From IMG/VR virus record IMGVR_UViG_3300022698_000177, positions 1-40,598 of that record: DNA of 40,598 bases; one strand, 5' to 3'. The notes under the pieces are model-generated. The model had not been told where the DNA came from. It did not search any database and worked only from the letters and a program-made list of their open reading frames with translations. Below, piece after piece: positions 26,292 through 35,596 of the stretch. The stretch comes from a virus. Taxonomy: Duplodnaviria > Caudoviricetes. Position numbers and translations under genes: made by a program. Position 1 is the first letter of the stretch. Each line of letters starts with the position of its first letter.

Positions 26292-28887
26292 TGATTATGC
26301 TCCTCTCATCTTGCATGAATCTGTAAGGTGAAGTGTCACAGGTAAAGTAGTAACCGTGGAAGTTTGGCCACGCGCTTATTGTTTCGGATTCAGATTGTGC
26401 TTTACCTGTTACTCTTGGCGTTGGAATATAATCCAATCTTGTATTTACTTCCAAATATTTGTCGAGAGTAAAATAATCTACATGTTGGGTGTAATTCGAA
26501 AGTTGCATGGCTTTATTTCCTCTAAATCCATGAACCTTGAATACAAACCACCCATAATCATTAACATGATCATCAGTACCCTGAATAATATCACCGGGCT
26601 GGTATTTGATTTTTGAAATATCGATTGGTGCGTGTTTCAGCGATGCCCATTTTTTAGATTTCATTGTTGTCTTCGAGAATTTCTCCATGACATCGCTATA
26701 CCATAATGTACAACAATTGGAGCAAAGAACCAATGGTTCTGGTCCGCCTGTATCTGTTAAGAAACCAACAATGATATTAACATCTTTCTTTGGAAAGTGT
26801 GCAATACCTGTTTCACGGGCCTTAATCTTCGTTCCTGCTCTCAATCCTTCATATTCATTTGTGATCTTTCTTACTTTTCCAATATTAACAACACCACTGG
26901 ATTCAATGTATCTAACTGTATGAATATTTTCTTGTTTATCTTGCATAATGATATCTACATCGCCAGACAACTCATGGATTGTAAATCCCTGAATAGTTTT
27001 TACAGAAAGCATATTTGTGGGGTTTACCCAATCTGACACGACAACTTTGTCGCCAATTTTGAACTCGATGTCTAAATCAAATGAAGGAATGAATATACTA
27101 TCTTCTTTCATAATATCGTCTCGTATTTGACCTGGCGACGGTCGTCTCATACCTCTATAGTTTGGATCATAAGTAACTCCGTAAGGAGTTCCGTATGCGA
27201 TTTCATACTGAAGTCCGCTTGGTTTTTCACGAACAGCCATTAGCTTTCTTCCAATACGAAAAACACCAGGAAGAGGTTTGCAGTTATCCACCTTCATTAT
27301 TTTATAACGATCAGACGATGGACCATCAATAGGAATTGTGAAATCTCCAGATCTAACATGTTCATCGGTATGTTCAAATGAAAATACCAATCTTCCAAAT
27401 CTTGAGACGTCAATTCCTTTGTAAGTCATAACGCTAGCATCTACCAATGGTAACTCATTCCTCGGTGAAGTAGTAATCAAATATGCCTCATTCTTGTTTA
27501 ATTGTACTCCATCATAGACTGGCTTTTCTACATCAAATATTTCTCCATCTAGATTTTCAACAATATAGAAAGAATCTCCGAATCTTCCTTCGTGGACCCC
27601 TTCTTGTGTCTTTCTTATAAAAGAAACTTTCTTGTATGATTTTGATCCGAGTTTGGTTTTGACAACAACAATGTCGTTCTCCTTAACTTCAATTCCATTT
27701 TTCATTGTTGCTTTTTCAACGAATCGTAACTCTTTTGTTTTCTGCATCAAGAACTTTTCAAACTTCTTTGTGTTCTTGAATAGAATCAACTTTCCATCTT
27801 CTCTTTCAACTCGGATGTATTTTATATCACCAGACCCATCGGTTGTAAAACCAATCAATGAGTTAATATAACATAATTCTTTTCCATTCTTGATGTAGAA
27901 TGGATCTCCAACGTGAACATAATATTGTGAGTCGATAAACATCCCTTCAGCTACATCATAATAGAGGCGATGTTTTCTTCTTGATCTTTTTGATAATGGT
28001 TCATCTCTTCCTGTATCACCTGGAATAACAAACATGTCAGAAAGAGTTTTATATCTTATGTCATGGAGTGCGGTTAACTTATAATTTCTTTTTATCTCGT
28101 CTATAGCGTCCCCAATTGTCATTGGGATTTTGACCCAACCAACATTGTAAATAAACATCGGGTCTCTTTGAGATAAAGCATGCCATTCCATGAATGAATT
28201 AACTCCAGCTATATTCTCGTATGCTTTAATATTATATGTGTAATCTGAATTGAATTCGGCAGACCAAAATGATGTAATTGCTTGATCAACCGCAGCATTC
28301 AAACTTTTTGGAAACCCCATGTGTGCTTGATCGCCAAAACAGATATACTGGGCATCAGATATATTGGGGAATGGAGCTTTCATAAGATAATCAGCCATAC
28401 CCGCAATTCTAGCAACTCTGAAATATATTTGACCTGCGCCTAATTTGAAGTCATTATTTATATAAAGGAAGAATACACAATAAGGCAAAGCTAGAGTAAA
28501 TCTTTTAACTACATTGTCTTCATTGAAATATTCATCATATCCATATTCTTCAAGAAGACCTTTTTCTTCTAACTTTTTTACTTCGTCCTTCAAATCTCTT
28601 CTAAGACTGATTGTTCGAAATGCAGGCGGTTCCTCCACAACAACAATAGTTCCGTCATTGACTTTTTCGAGATAACGGCAATTTGGAGGAAGAATAAGAG
28701 ATGTCATACCTGCTGTTTTTTGCATCATCTTCTGTAGATAATCTCTTGTTAGAATGCTTTGCTTTTTAACTATTGGTGTTGAATCAGCCTGTAATTCATC
28801 TTCCACCGATTCGTCATAATCATAATCTGAACTATATCTGTGAGCATACCTTGCATTGATTCGAATTTCATCCTGCATTATCGTCAT
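26269..28887 (-). CDS. Prokaryotic E2 (family D/PRTRC-B-like) domain fused to long beta-rich C-terminus
   Basis: VVEEPPAFR, LALPYCVF, APFPNISDAQYICFG (candidate catalytic Cys) and FWSAEFN. First gene of the E2-JAB-E1-Ubl run. Confidence 0.75.
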   Translation of the reverse strand: MTIMQDEIRINARYAHRYSSDYDYDESVEDELQADSTPIVKKQSILTRDYLQKMMQKTAGMTSLILPPNCRYLEKVNDGTIVVVEEPPAFRTISLRRDLKDEVKKLEEKGLLEEYGYDEYFNEDNVVKRFTLALPYCVFFLYINNDFKLGAGQIYFRVARIAGMADYLMKAPFPNISDAQYICFGDQAHMGFPKSLNAAVDQAITSFWSAEFNSDYTYNIKAYENIAGVNSFMEWHALSQRDPMFIYNVGWVKIPMTIGDAIDEIKRNYKLTALHDIRYKTLSDMFVIPGDTGRDEPLSKRSRRKHRLYYDVAEGMFIDSQYYVHVGDPFYIKNGKELCYINSLIGFTTDGSGDIKYIRVEREDGKLILFKNTKKFEKFLMQKTKELRFVEKATMKNGIEVKENDIVVVKTKLGSKSYKKVSFIRKTQEGVHEGRFGDSFYIVENLDGEIFDVEKPVYDGVQLNKNEAYLITTSPRNELPLVDASVMTYKGIDVSRFGRLVFSFEHTDEHVRSGDFTIPIDGPSSDRYKIMKVDNCKPLPGVFRIGRKLMAVREKPSGLQYEIAYGTPYGVTYDPNYRGMRRPSPGQIRDDIMKEDSIFIPSFDLDIEFKIGDKVVVSDWVNPTNMLSVKTIQGFTIHELSGDVDIIMQDKQENIHTVRYIESSGVVNIGKVRKITNEYEGLRAGTKIKARETGIAHFPKKDVNIIVGFLTDTGGPEPLVLCSNCCTLWYSDVMEKFSKTTMKSKKWASLKHAPIDISKIKYQPGDIIQGTDDHVNDYGWFVFKVHGFRGNKAMQLSNYTQHVDYFTLDKYLEVNTRLDYIPTPRVTGKAQSESETISAWPNFHGYYFTCDTSPYRFMQDERSIINVQCSPE

Positions 28888-29267
28888 TATTCACCTCGTA
28901 GAAATTTGTAACGTTTTGCATACTCAGTTAAAATTTTCTCAGGTCGATGATCATTGATTTGCCAAACTCTTTGTCTCTTGATAGATACTTCTCCATCCCT
29001 TGCTTTTTTCAATTCTTTTTTATTGGTTGTGAACAGGACAGCAAGGTAAAGGTTTTCGCTTTCTCTTTCAAGAGATAAGAATGCAATTTCATCTTTGATT
29101 CGACCTGGCACTTCAAGAGAAAGGAATATATTCGGACCTCTTGGGAGAATCATCTCATATTTAATGTTCTCCTTTTCTTCCTCAAATATTTGATCGCAAA
29201 GGATTCTTATTTTCTCAAGGTTATCATCTGATCTGATTTCCTTGAGGATTTCACTTAGAATCGTCAA
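28887..29267 (-). CDS. Hypothetical protein
   Basis: 126-aa ORF, TAATG-coupled to the E2 gene. Confidence 0.65.
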   Translation of the reverse strand: MTILSEILKEIRSDDNLEKIRILCDQIFEEEKENIKYEMILPRGPNIFLSLEVPGRIKDEIAFLSLERESENLYLAVLFTTNKKELKKARDGEVSIKRQRVWQINDHRPEKILTEYAKRYKFLRGE

Positions 29268-29279
29268 TGATGTTTCTCC

Positions 29280-29606
29280 TTACTTTTTGGACTTTTTAGT
29301 ATAGAATCTTCTGGTTGGTGTGTCCATATATTCAACGCGTTCGAATGAAACAGATCTCCATCCCTTTTTATCCAAATCATAAACATGCATGATTTTGTTT
29401 TTCTGAATTAGTTTCAAGATTTGTGGGATGTTTACCGATTTTGGTTTGTCAGGTTCTGGTATTTTTGTAAAATCCAGAGTTGCTCTCATAATACGATCTG
29501 TTCCATCTTTCTTTTTGAACTTGATCATTACTTCTTTTTCATCATATACTTTTTTCCAGAATTGTAATGCACTAACAATGACATCACTATCGATTGGTTC
29601 TGCCAT
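29280..29606 (-). CDS. WYL_2/Sm-like SH3-fold phage protein
   Basis: KFKKKDGTDRIMRATL...VYDLDKKGWRSVSFERV. Confidence 0.7.
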   Translation of the reverse strand: MAEPIDSDVIVSALQFWKKVYDEKEVMIKFKKKDGTDRIMRATLDFTKIPEPDKPKSVNIPQILKLIQKNKIMHVYDLDKKGWRSVSFERVEYMDTPTRRFYTKKSKK

Positions 29607-29609
29607 AAT

Positions 29610-30653
29610 TTACCCCCGTTTGTCGGAATGAACTAAATCTCCGACTGCATCTTTCTTTTCATTCAGATGTTTACTCATCATCAAACAGGAGTGATTGCAT
29701 CGTTTACAATAATGGACTTTATCAAAACCGATGGCATAGTATATCTTTTTTGATAACAATTCTGGGTGTGCTGGGTCAAACAACTCCGTTACGTTGAATG
29801 TTGGAGCTGACACCCCTCTTATTCTTAAACATAATCTAATTGTGCCATCTGCATCAATTGATAAATTGTGAATTCCTTTATCCAATTCACAATCAAAGTT
29901 TGATGGTAGAGTATTGAACATCCAAGGAATCAATACTTCCTTCATATGAACATATAAATCCTTGTCCTGCATTATATTGTTTAATGTTAAAGCTAAATCG
30001 AATGTTGGATATACAAGCGACCAATTGTTTCTAATATTTGAAAAATCATAATATGGACTTTTTCCACGATCAACAAATGTTATGTCGCTATATATTTCTT
30101 CATCGCTTAATTCGGAAATTAATTGATGCAACAAATGTTGATTGTGAGCCATTACTGTGATCTCTGCTACAACATCTTTTACTTTGCCGCTTGCTTGAAT
30201 TTCTTTCAGTCGTTTCAACCCTTCAATACTTTTTGTGATACGGTCTTCTGTCACTCCATACTCATTGAATATTGGATCGACTGAACTTGTAAATCCATCG
30301 ACATAATCTGTTTTTTCAAATAGCTTTTTTATGAGAGGTTGGATCTCCGGTGTGTTGTTGCTAATGATTGTATAGAAAATTTGATTCTCATTACAATAAT
30401 TAACAATATCAGGTAGATCTGGTCTTAGAAGCGGCTCACCTCCATAAAATATATGAAACATATTCGGATTATGAATCTTCATTCTTCTGAGAGTATCAAT
30501 GACAACTTCTGTTGGCATTTCATTTCTAATATAATGTTTCATATCAGGATACTCTCTTGGTTTGTCTTCATAATCACGAACGATTGCGCAATAATCACAA
30601 GTCAAATTACATTTTCTTGTGAGAAGCCAATTTACTATTTGGACTTTACTCAT
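29610..30653 (-). CDS. Radical SAM protein with C-terminal SPASM/twitch-like Cys motif
   Basis: CNLTCDYC, YGGEPLLR, and C-terminal C...IDADGTIRLC...CKRCNHSC. Confidence 0.9.
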   Translation of the reverse strand: MSKVQIVNWLLTRKCNLTCDYCAIVRDYEDKPREYPDMKHYIRNEMPTEVVIDTLRRMKIHNPNMFHIFYGGEPLLRPDLPDIVNYCNENQIFYTIISNNTPEIQPLIKKLFEKTDYVDGFTSSVDPIFNEYGVTEDRITKSIEGLKRLKEIQASGKVKDVVAEITVMAHNQHLLHQLISELSDEEIYSDITFVDRGKSPYYDFSNIRNNWSLVYPTFDLALTLNNIMQDKDLYVHMKEVLIPWMFNTLPSNFDCELDKGIHNLSIDADGTIRLCLRIRGVSAPTFNVTELFDPAHPELLSKKIYYAIGFDKVHYCKRCNHSCLMMSKHLNEKKDAVGDLVHSDKRG

Positions 30654-30661
30654 ATATTCTC

Positions 30662-31045
30662 CTAATCAAAGCGACCATGAATTTTTTCATGCCATTTACT
30701 ATTTCTGAATTCTTCTGATAGTTGATAGTCAACCCTCAAGTAAGCAGCAACTTTTTTCTGTTTGTCTATAACTTCAAATGCTGATTCATATTTATCTTCA
30801 TCGAGATTATAAAATCTCATACCGCTTGGTTTTGCTGCCCAATCAAAAGGTCTTCCGTTTGTATAATCTTGTAGTTCACGAATAGAAGATGCTATCAATC
30901 TTACTCCAGTTCCATTTCCGTAATTTTTTTCATGACCTTCAAGAAAATCAGAAAATTCACTCAGAGCTTCTATTTCATCTGCATCAATTGCTAATACGAA
31001 AGATGAAGATGAACTGTTTGTTACAAAATCAGTTTTTACTTTCAT
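30662..31045 (-). CDS. DFVTNSS-motif family protein (copy 5)
   Basis: MKVKTDFVTNSSSSSFVL. ATG at 31045 follows a GAGGTG RBS. Confidence 0.75.
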   Translation of the reverse strand: MKVKTDFVTNSSSSSFVLAIDADEIEALSEFSDFLEGHEKNYGNGTGVRLIASSIRELQDYTNGRPFDWAAKPSGMRFYNLDEDKYESAFEVIDKQKKVAAYLRVDYQLSEEFRNSKWHEKIHGRFD

Positions 31046-31052
31046 ATACACC

Positions 31053-33242
31053 TCAATGAAATGATAATACTTCGTCTGCCTCTAATTGATCTTCATGGCG
31101 ATGTGAGATCAAATAGATTGATTTTCCTATTTTCAATTTCGACAAAACTTTTGATACATAACCAATGTTTTCTTCATCCAAACTATCAAAGATTTCATCG
31201 AACAATAGAATGTTGATTGATAAATCTTGAATATTTTCTTGTAAATCAGCAAGGGTTAAAATTGTAGCAATATCAACAATTCGTGTCTGACCTCCTGACA
31301 ATTGAACTCTTGAATTTGCTCTTGTGTATGTATCAATCACATTAACAGAAATCTTGTCTCTAAATTCCCCTGCTTTTGTTGCAGCTAATGTATCAAATGA
31401 AACAATGTACCTTCCGTTTGTGAATTTCTCAAGATAATAACCAACTTTCTCATTCATAAATGGAATTGCTTCATCGATCAACATTGATGGAATGCCTGAA
31501 GATGAAAATGCTGTTTTCCAAAACTCCAATACTTCTTGACGACGATGTTTTCTGATTCTTTGTTCTTCAATTTGACGAAGTTCAAGATCTATATCACCAA
31601 TCTTCTTGATATAGGAATTCATCTGAGTTTTGTCATATTCAGTTTGCTCTTGTGTTTTTATGGAGTTTTCTCTGGCACTTATTGTATTTTCAAGATCGGT
31701 TATTGTTTTTGATATCTGATCAATTTCAGTAATTGTTGATTGCTGTTCTGCTTTCTTTGTAGTCAATATCTGAATTTTAATTCTTAGCTCTTCAATTGAC
31801 TCTTGAATCTCTTCTTTCTTCTTTTTTATCTCTGCTTCTGCAAATTCTTCTACTTTTTCATTTGCTGCAAGAAGACGAGATTCTACATTCAACAATTCTG
31901 ATTTTTCTTCTGTCTGAAATTTCTGTAATTCATTATTTAACTTATCTTTTGATTGATTCGCTTTATCAGCACCTGCAAACATTTTTTGGTTGATGGCTTT
32001 TATCTCAATTTTTAACTGATCGATTTCTTTAGTATATTTTTCTATTTCTTCTTTGTATCCATCAACTTTTTCCTTTAAATGAACAAGTGTGTCTTCTGAA
32101 ACTTCCTGTTGACACAATGGACATTCAGCGATTGCACTATCAATGACACTTGTTTCAATATCATGTATTTGAGTGTGAAGAGATGAAATCATATAACTTA
32201 ATTTGTCAACTTTTGATTCAACTTCATGTCGTTCATTTTGACATTCATTAACAAAGTCATTTGCTTTATCTTTGATCTCATTGATTTGATCTTTTATTGA
32301 ATCAATCGACGCCTTGAATTTTTCTCTGATTTCATTCTTCGCTTCATTAGCCTTATCTTTTATTTCAAGGAGTTTTGTCTGTTTTTTATTTTCGATTGAT
32401 TGTACTTCCGGATCAATTGATGATTGAACTGATGCAAATTGAGATTCTGCTGTCGCAAGTTCTGTAGATGTAGTTGAAATATCAATATCTTTTTTATTCA
32501 ATTCACCCAGTTTTACTTGCCATTCTTTTAGCAATCTAGAATCTGTATCATTGCTCTTTTTGAGTTCATCAATATATCGCTGTTTTTCTTCTTCAAATTT
32601 CTTTTCGGCTTCCTTCAGGATTTCAATTTGTGCTTTCGCATCTTCAATCAATCCCTCTTTGATTCCTTTTTCCATTTGAAGTTTTTCTAGTTCTTCTTTT
32701 ATAATCTTCAATCGTGCCTTTGCTTCTTCATAATATATTTGATATTGTTCTAAAGCTAGAAGCTCACGAAATATTTGTTTCTTATCTGAATCAACAAGGT
32801 CTGTAAAAAAGTCTTTTACCTTCTGACCAAACATCAATGTGTTCATAAATGATCTTTTTGAACATATTAATTTTTCAATTTCGGGTAAAACTTCTTTTTG
32901 ACCCTTTTTTATATCAACTCCGCCTTTATTTAAAACGACGGTATTGCCCAATTTGCTATATTTCTGATATCTTGTTACAAGATATTGTTCATCGTTTACT
33001 GAAAATTTGACCCACGTTTTACAATTCTTACCAACGACATTGTTGACGACATCATCACCTTTCATTCCTTTACTTGTAATACCAAACAACGTAAAAGGAA
33101 TTGCATCCAATGCCATTGTTTTACCAATACCGTTCGGTCCTGTTATCAATATAAGACTGTCATCTTTGAATTCTAAAACCATTGGGTCAAGATAAGGACC
33201 ATAATTTTTCATTCCTACTTCTTGAATGTTCACATGTCTCAT
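31053..33242 (-). CDS. Rad50/SbcC/T4 gp46-like SMC ATPase
   Basis: Walker A GPNGIGKT, coiled coils with CPLC zinc hook, signature LSGGQ, Walker B LLFDE and ISH. Start placed at 33242 (GAGGT RBS). Confidence 0.93.
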   Translation of the reverse strand: MRHVNIQEVGMKNYGPYLDPMVLEFKDDSLILITGPNGIGKTMALDAIPFTLFGITSKGMKGDDVVNNVVGKNCKTWVKFSVNDEQYLVTRYQKYSKLGNTVVLNKGGVDIKKGQKEVLPEIEKLICSKRSFMNTLMFGQKVKDFFTDLVDSDKKQIFRELLALEQYQIYYEEAKARLKIIKEELEKLQMEKGIKEGLIEDAKAQIEILKEAEKKFEEEKQRYIDELKKSNDTDSRLLKEWQVKLGELNKKDIDISTTSTELATAESQFASVQSSIDPEVQSIENKKQTKLLEIKDKANEAKNEIREKFKASIDSIKDQINEIKDKANDFVNECQNERHEVESKVDKLSYMISSLHTQIHDIETSVIDSAIAECPLCQQEVSEDTLVHLKEKVDGYKEEIEKYTKEIDQLKIEIKAINQKMFAGADKANQSKDKLNNELQKFQTEEKSELLNVESRLLAANEKVEEFAEAEIKKKKEEIQESIEELRIKIQILTTKKAEQQSTITEIDQISKTITDLENTISARENSIKTQEQTEYDKTQMNSYIKKIGDIDLELRQIEEQRIRKHRRQEVLEFWKTAFSSSGIPSMLIDEAIPFMNEKVGYYLEKFTNGRYIVSFDTLAATKAGEFRDKISVNVIDTYTRANSRVQLSGGQTRIVDIATILTLADLQENIQDLSINILLFDEIFDSLDEENIGYVSKVLSKLKIGKSIYLISHRHEDQLEADEVLSFH

Positions 33243-33243
33243 A

Positions 33244-34272
33244 TTATACCTCACAATTTTGAATTATATCGAATCCCTCTTTTTCATATTCTTCTCTGTA
33301 ATCTTCAGGGATTTCTTTTATTTCAACATAGCGACGAAGTCTATCATCCTGAGACATTGAACTTGTTATGCCTCTATCGGTAATATCTACTTCTGTTTTA
33401 TCAACAATATTGAAATCTTCGGATATTGATGAAACATCAACTCGCTCTTTCATAATAACTTTTACATGATGTCCGGCTTCTTTTGCTTCTTGGGCTTGTT
33501 TGAATGCTTCATCTTTTGTGTCTTCTGTTACAAAGACTTCAATATGTTTTTTATATCTGGAAATTGGAACTGAGTCTACTTGTAATGTATCAGTATCAAC
33601 AACCAAAAATCTTTTCTCTTCCCCTTTTTCACCCCAATCTAATTGAATCAATGATCCAACATAATATAGAGCAAATCCATCTTTTATAATTTCTTGTGGT
33701 TTGTGATAATGACCTAACAATACAAGTTCATACTTTCCAACTAAATCTGCAACTTTGACATCAGATACAATACTCATACCTGAATTTAAAATACCTTCAC
33801 TAAGACCGAAATGTGAAACTAATATTCTTGCTTTATTTTCTTTGACAATTTTTGGAACTTCATATGAATAGGGAGCTAAAAGAATATCTCCCTCGTCAAT
33901 TCTATATGTTTGATTGAATGGAATCCAATAAACGCCAGGAATATGTTGAATTGATCTTAAGGCCGAAACAACATCTTTACCTTTACCTGATAAATCATGA
34001 TTGCCATCGATAACATAAAAATTCAATCTGTCACCATATTCGGTAAAGAATTCAACCATAATTTCCTGAGCGATTGCATAAATTATTGATTTACCGTGAA
34101 GCAAATCACCGCCGACAATGATTATCTTAATATCATTTGCAATACAATATTCTGCTACTTCTACTAATGCTGTTTTTATGCTATGCAATCGCTCAGGGAG
34201 ATTTGTATCATCCTCAATTTTATCCTGGCTATATCTTGAGAGATGAATGTCTGCGATGAATGCAAATTTCAT
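33244..34272 (-). CDS. Mre11/SbcD/T4 gp47-like metallophosphoesterase nuclease
   Basis: ADIHL, GGDLLH, GNHD, SH, LGHYHKPQ and YVGS. Adjacent to the Rad50-like gene. Confidence 0.92.
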   Translation of the reverse strand: MKFAFIADIHLSRYSQDKIEDDTNLPERLHSIKTALVEVAEYCIANDIKIIIVGGDLLHGKSIIYAIAQEIMVEFFTEYGDRLNFYVIDGNHDLSGKGKDVVSALRSIQHIPGVYWIPFNQTYRIDEGDILLAPYSYEVPKIVKENKARILVSHFGLSEGILNSGMSIVSDVKVADLVGKYELVLLGHYHKPQEIIKDGFALYYVGSLIQLDWGEKGEEKRFLVVDTDTLQVDSVPISRYKKHIEVFVTEDTKDEAFKQAQEAKEAGHHVKVIMKERVDVSSISEDFNIVDKTEVDITDRGITSSMSQDDRLRRYVEIKEIPEDYREEYEKEGFDIIQNCEV

Positions 34273-34508
34273 AATTTATTTGAATCTCCTTTTTCTGAAA
34301 TGCTTTCAGCTTCCTTATAAGCAGGAGCTTGATCTTGTTTCAATTTCAACTCTTCATCTTGAGTGATAACTTCAACTTGTTGCGTATCTGATGAACCACT
34401 TCCATGTATGATTCCAACCATTGTCGGAATCAAAATTGCTCCAATGATAAGAAGAATGAAGATAACAATAATTAATTCGATCAGTGTAAAACCATTATTC
34501 TTTTTCAT
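34269..34508 (-). CDS. Small prepilin-type N-terminal cleavage/methylation protein
   Basis: MKKNNG|FTLIELIIVIFILLIIGAILIP is a class III signal peptide with Glu at +5. Confidence 0.8.
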   Translation of the reverse strand: MKKNNGFTLIELIIVIFILLIIGAILIPTMVGIIHGSGSSDTQQVEVITQDEELKLKQDQAPAYKEAESISEKGDSNKL

Positions 34509-34932
34509 TATTTTCTTCCCTTTTGATTGTATTTAAGATTGAAAATAAATCGATATTTTCTATCATCAGTTTTTCAATTTTATTTACATCCAAACCAATT
34601 AGAGTTTCATAACCACTACTTGGCATATCTGTAGACGTAATGACGTATCCTCTATCAGAACACAACTCTAAAATTGTATCAAATGCAACATATTCGTTGT
34701 CAGTATCTCCCTTCCATATATCATAACCATTTTGTAAACTGACTACATTGTCGTTAACTAATTCTAAAATTTCTTTTCTGTGGTCATCATGTATATCTTG
34801 CTCTATATATTCCATCGAATGTTGATCAATTTCTCTTAATATCTCTTCTTCAGAAAATACACAATTAGGAGGTATTAAAACAACGAAGGCTGTAGAAGAG
34901 CTATTTGTAACAAAATCACTTTTTATTTTCAT
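34495..34932 (-). CDS. DFVTNSS-motif family protein (copy 4)
   Basis: MKIKSDFVTNSSSTAFVV. TAATG overlap at 34932. Confidence 0.75.
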   Translation of the reverse strand: MKIKSDFVTNSSSTAFVVLIPPNCVFSEEEILREIDQHSMEYIEQDIHDDHRKEILELVNDNVVSLQNGYDIWKGDTDNEYVAFDTILELCSDRGYVITSTDMPSSGYETLIGLDVNKIEKLMIENIDLFSILNTIKREENNEKE

Positions 34933-35249
34933 TAGTAACATCCGTGATATTCAATATGATCTTCATCGACACCAATCTCAGCGAGAAGGCCCAGCATATC
35001 AAAATTATCCATCATGGTTTCTCCTTCGATTGTATCTTCTTTTTCTGTTATATTCCATCCGGTTGATGTAATATCATCCATATCATCTTTTCCCAAATAT
35101 GAATTGTAACTTAATGCGCTTGGATGATATTGTTTGATGAAATCTAAATGGTTATTGATAAGAAATATTTGAATATTCGTAAGATTCTTTTTCTGAATAA
35201 CAAAACTCGCACATGAGCTATTTGTTACATGGTCTGTTTTTATTTTCAT
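34932..35249 (-). CDS. DFVTNSS-motif family protein (copy 3)
   Basis: MKIKTDHVTNSSCASFVI. GAGGT RBS. Confidence 0.75.
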   Translation of the reverse strand: MKIKTDHVTNSSCASFVIQKKNLTNIQIFLINNHLDFIKQYHPSALSYNSYLGKDDMDDITSTGWNITEKEDTIEGETMMDNFDMLGLLAEIGVDEDHIEYHGCY

Positions 35250-35251
35250 AA

Positions 35252-35596
35252 TTACCTCAGGTATTCGAAAAATCTCCATTCGAAGTTTTCTGATTCACCA
35301 CCATCTCTTAGAATGTAATCGAACACTTGTCCAATTAATGTTCCATCTTCATCCCCAAACGAACAATATTTTTGTTCGCCTGGTTGAAAAACAACATTAC
35401 ATTTTTCTGCTGATTCCAAGAGATTTTCTTGTGTGTATTTACTGGCTGTAATTGGCTCATATTCTTGAACATACTGGTCAATTAAATGAGGGTTTTCATC
35501 AACAAATTCAACCAATGATCTAACAATATCGCTTGTATTAGTAATCAGAAATGCTGTTGATGAACTGTTCGTAACAAAATCAGACTTGATTCGCAT
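35252..35596 (-). CDS. DFVTNSS-motif family protein (copy 2)
   Basis: MRIKSDFVTNSSSTAFLI. GGAGG RBS and TGATG overlap. Confidence 0.75.
   Translation of the reverse strand: MRIKSDFVTNSSSTAFLITNTSDIVRSLVEFVDENPHLIDQYVQEYEPITASKYTQENLLESAEKCNVVFQPGEQKYCSFGDEDGTLIGQVFDYILRDGGESENFEWRFFEYLR

Noticed and set aside
29610-30653. Radical SAM as QueE
   Set aside because: Longer than typical QueE, has an extra C-terminal Cys cluster and is not next to queD/folE2. Not excluded, but unsupported.
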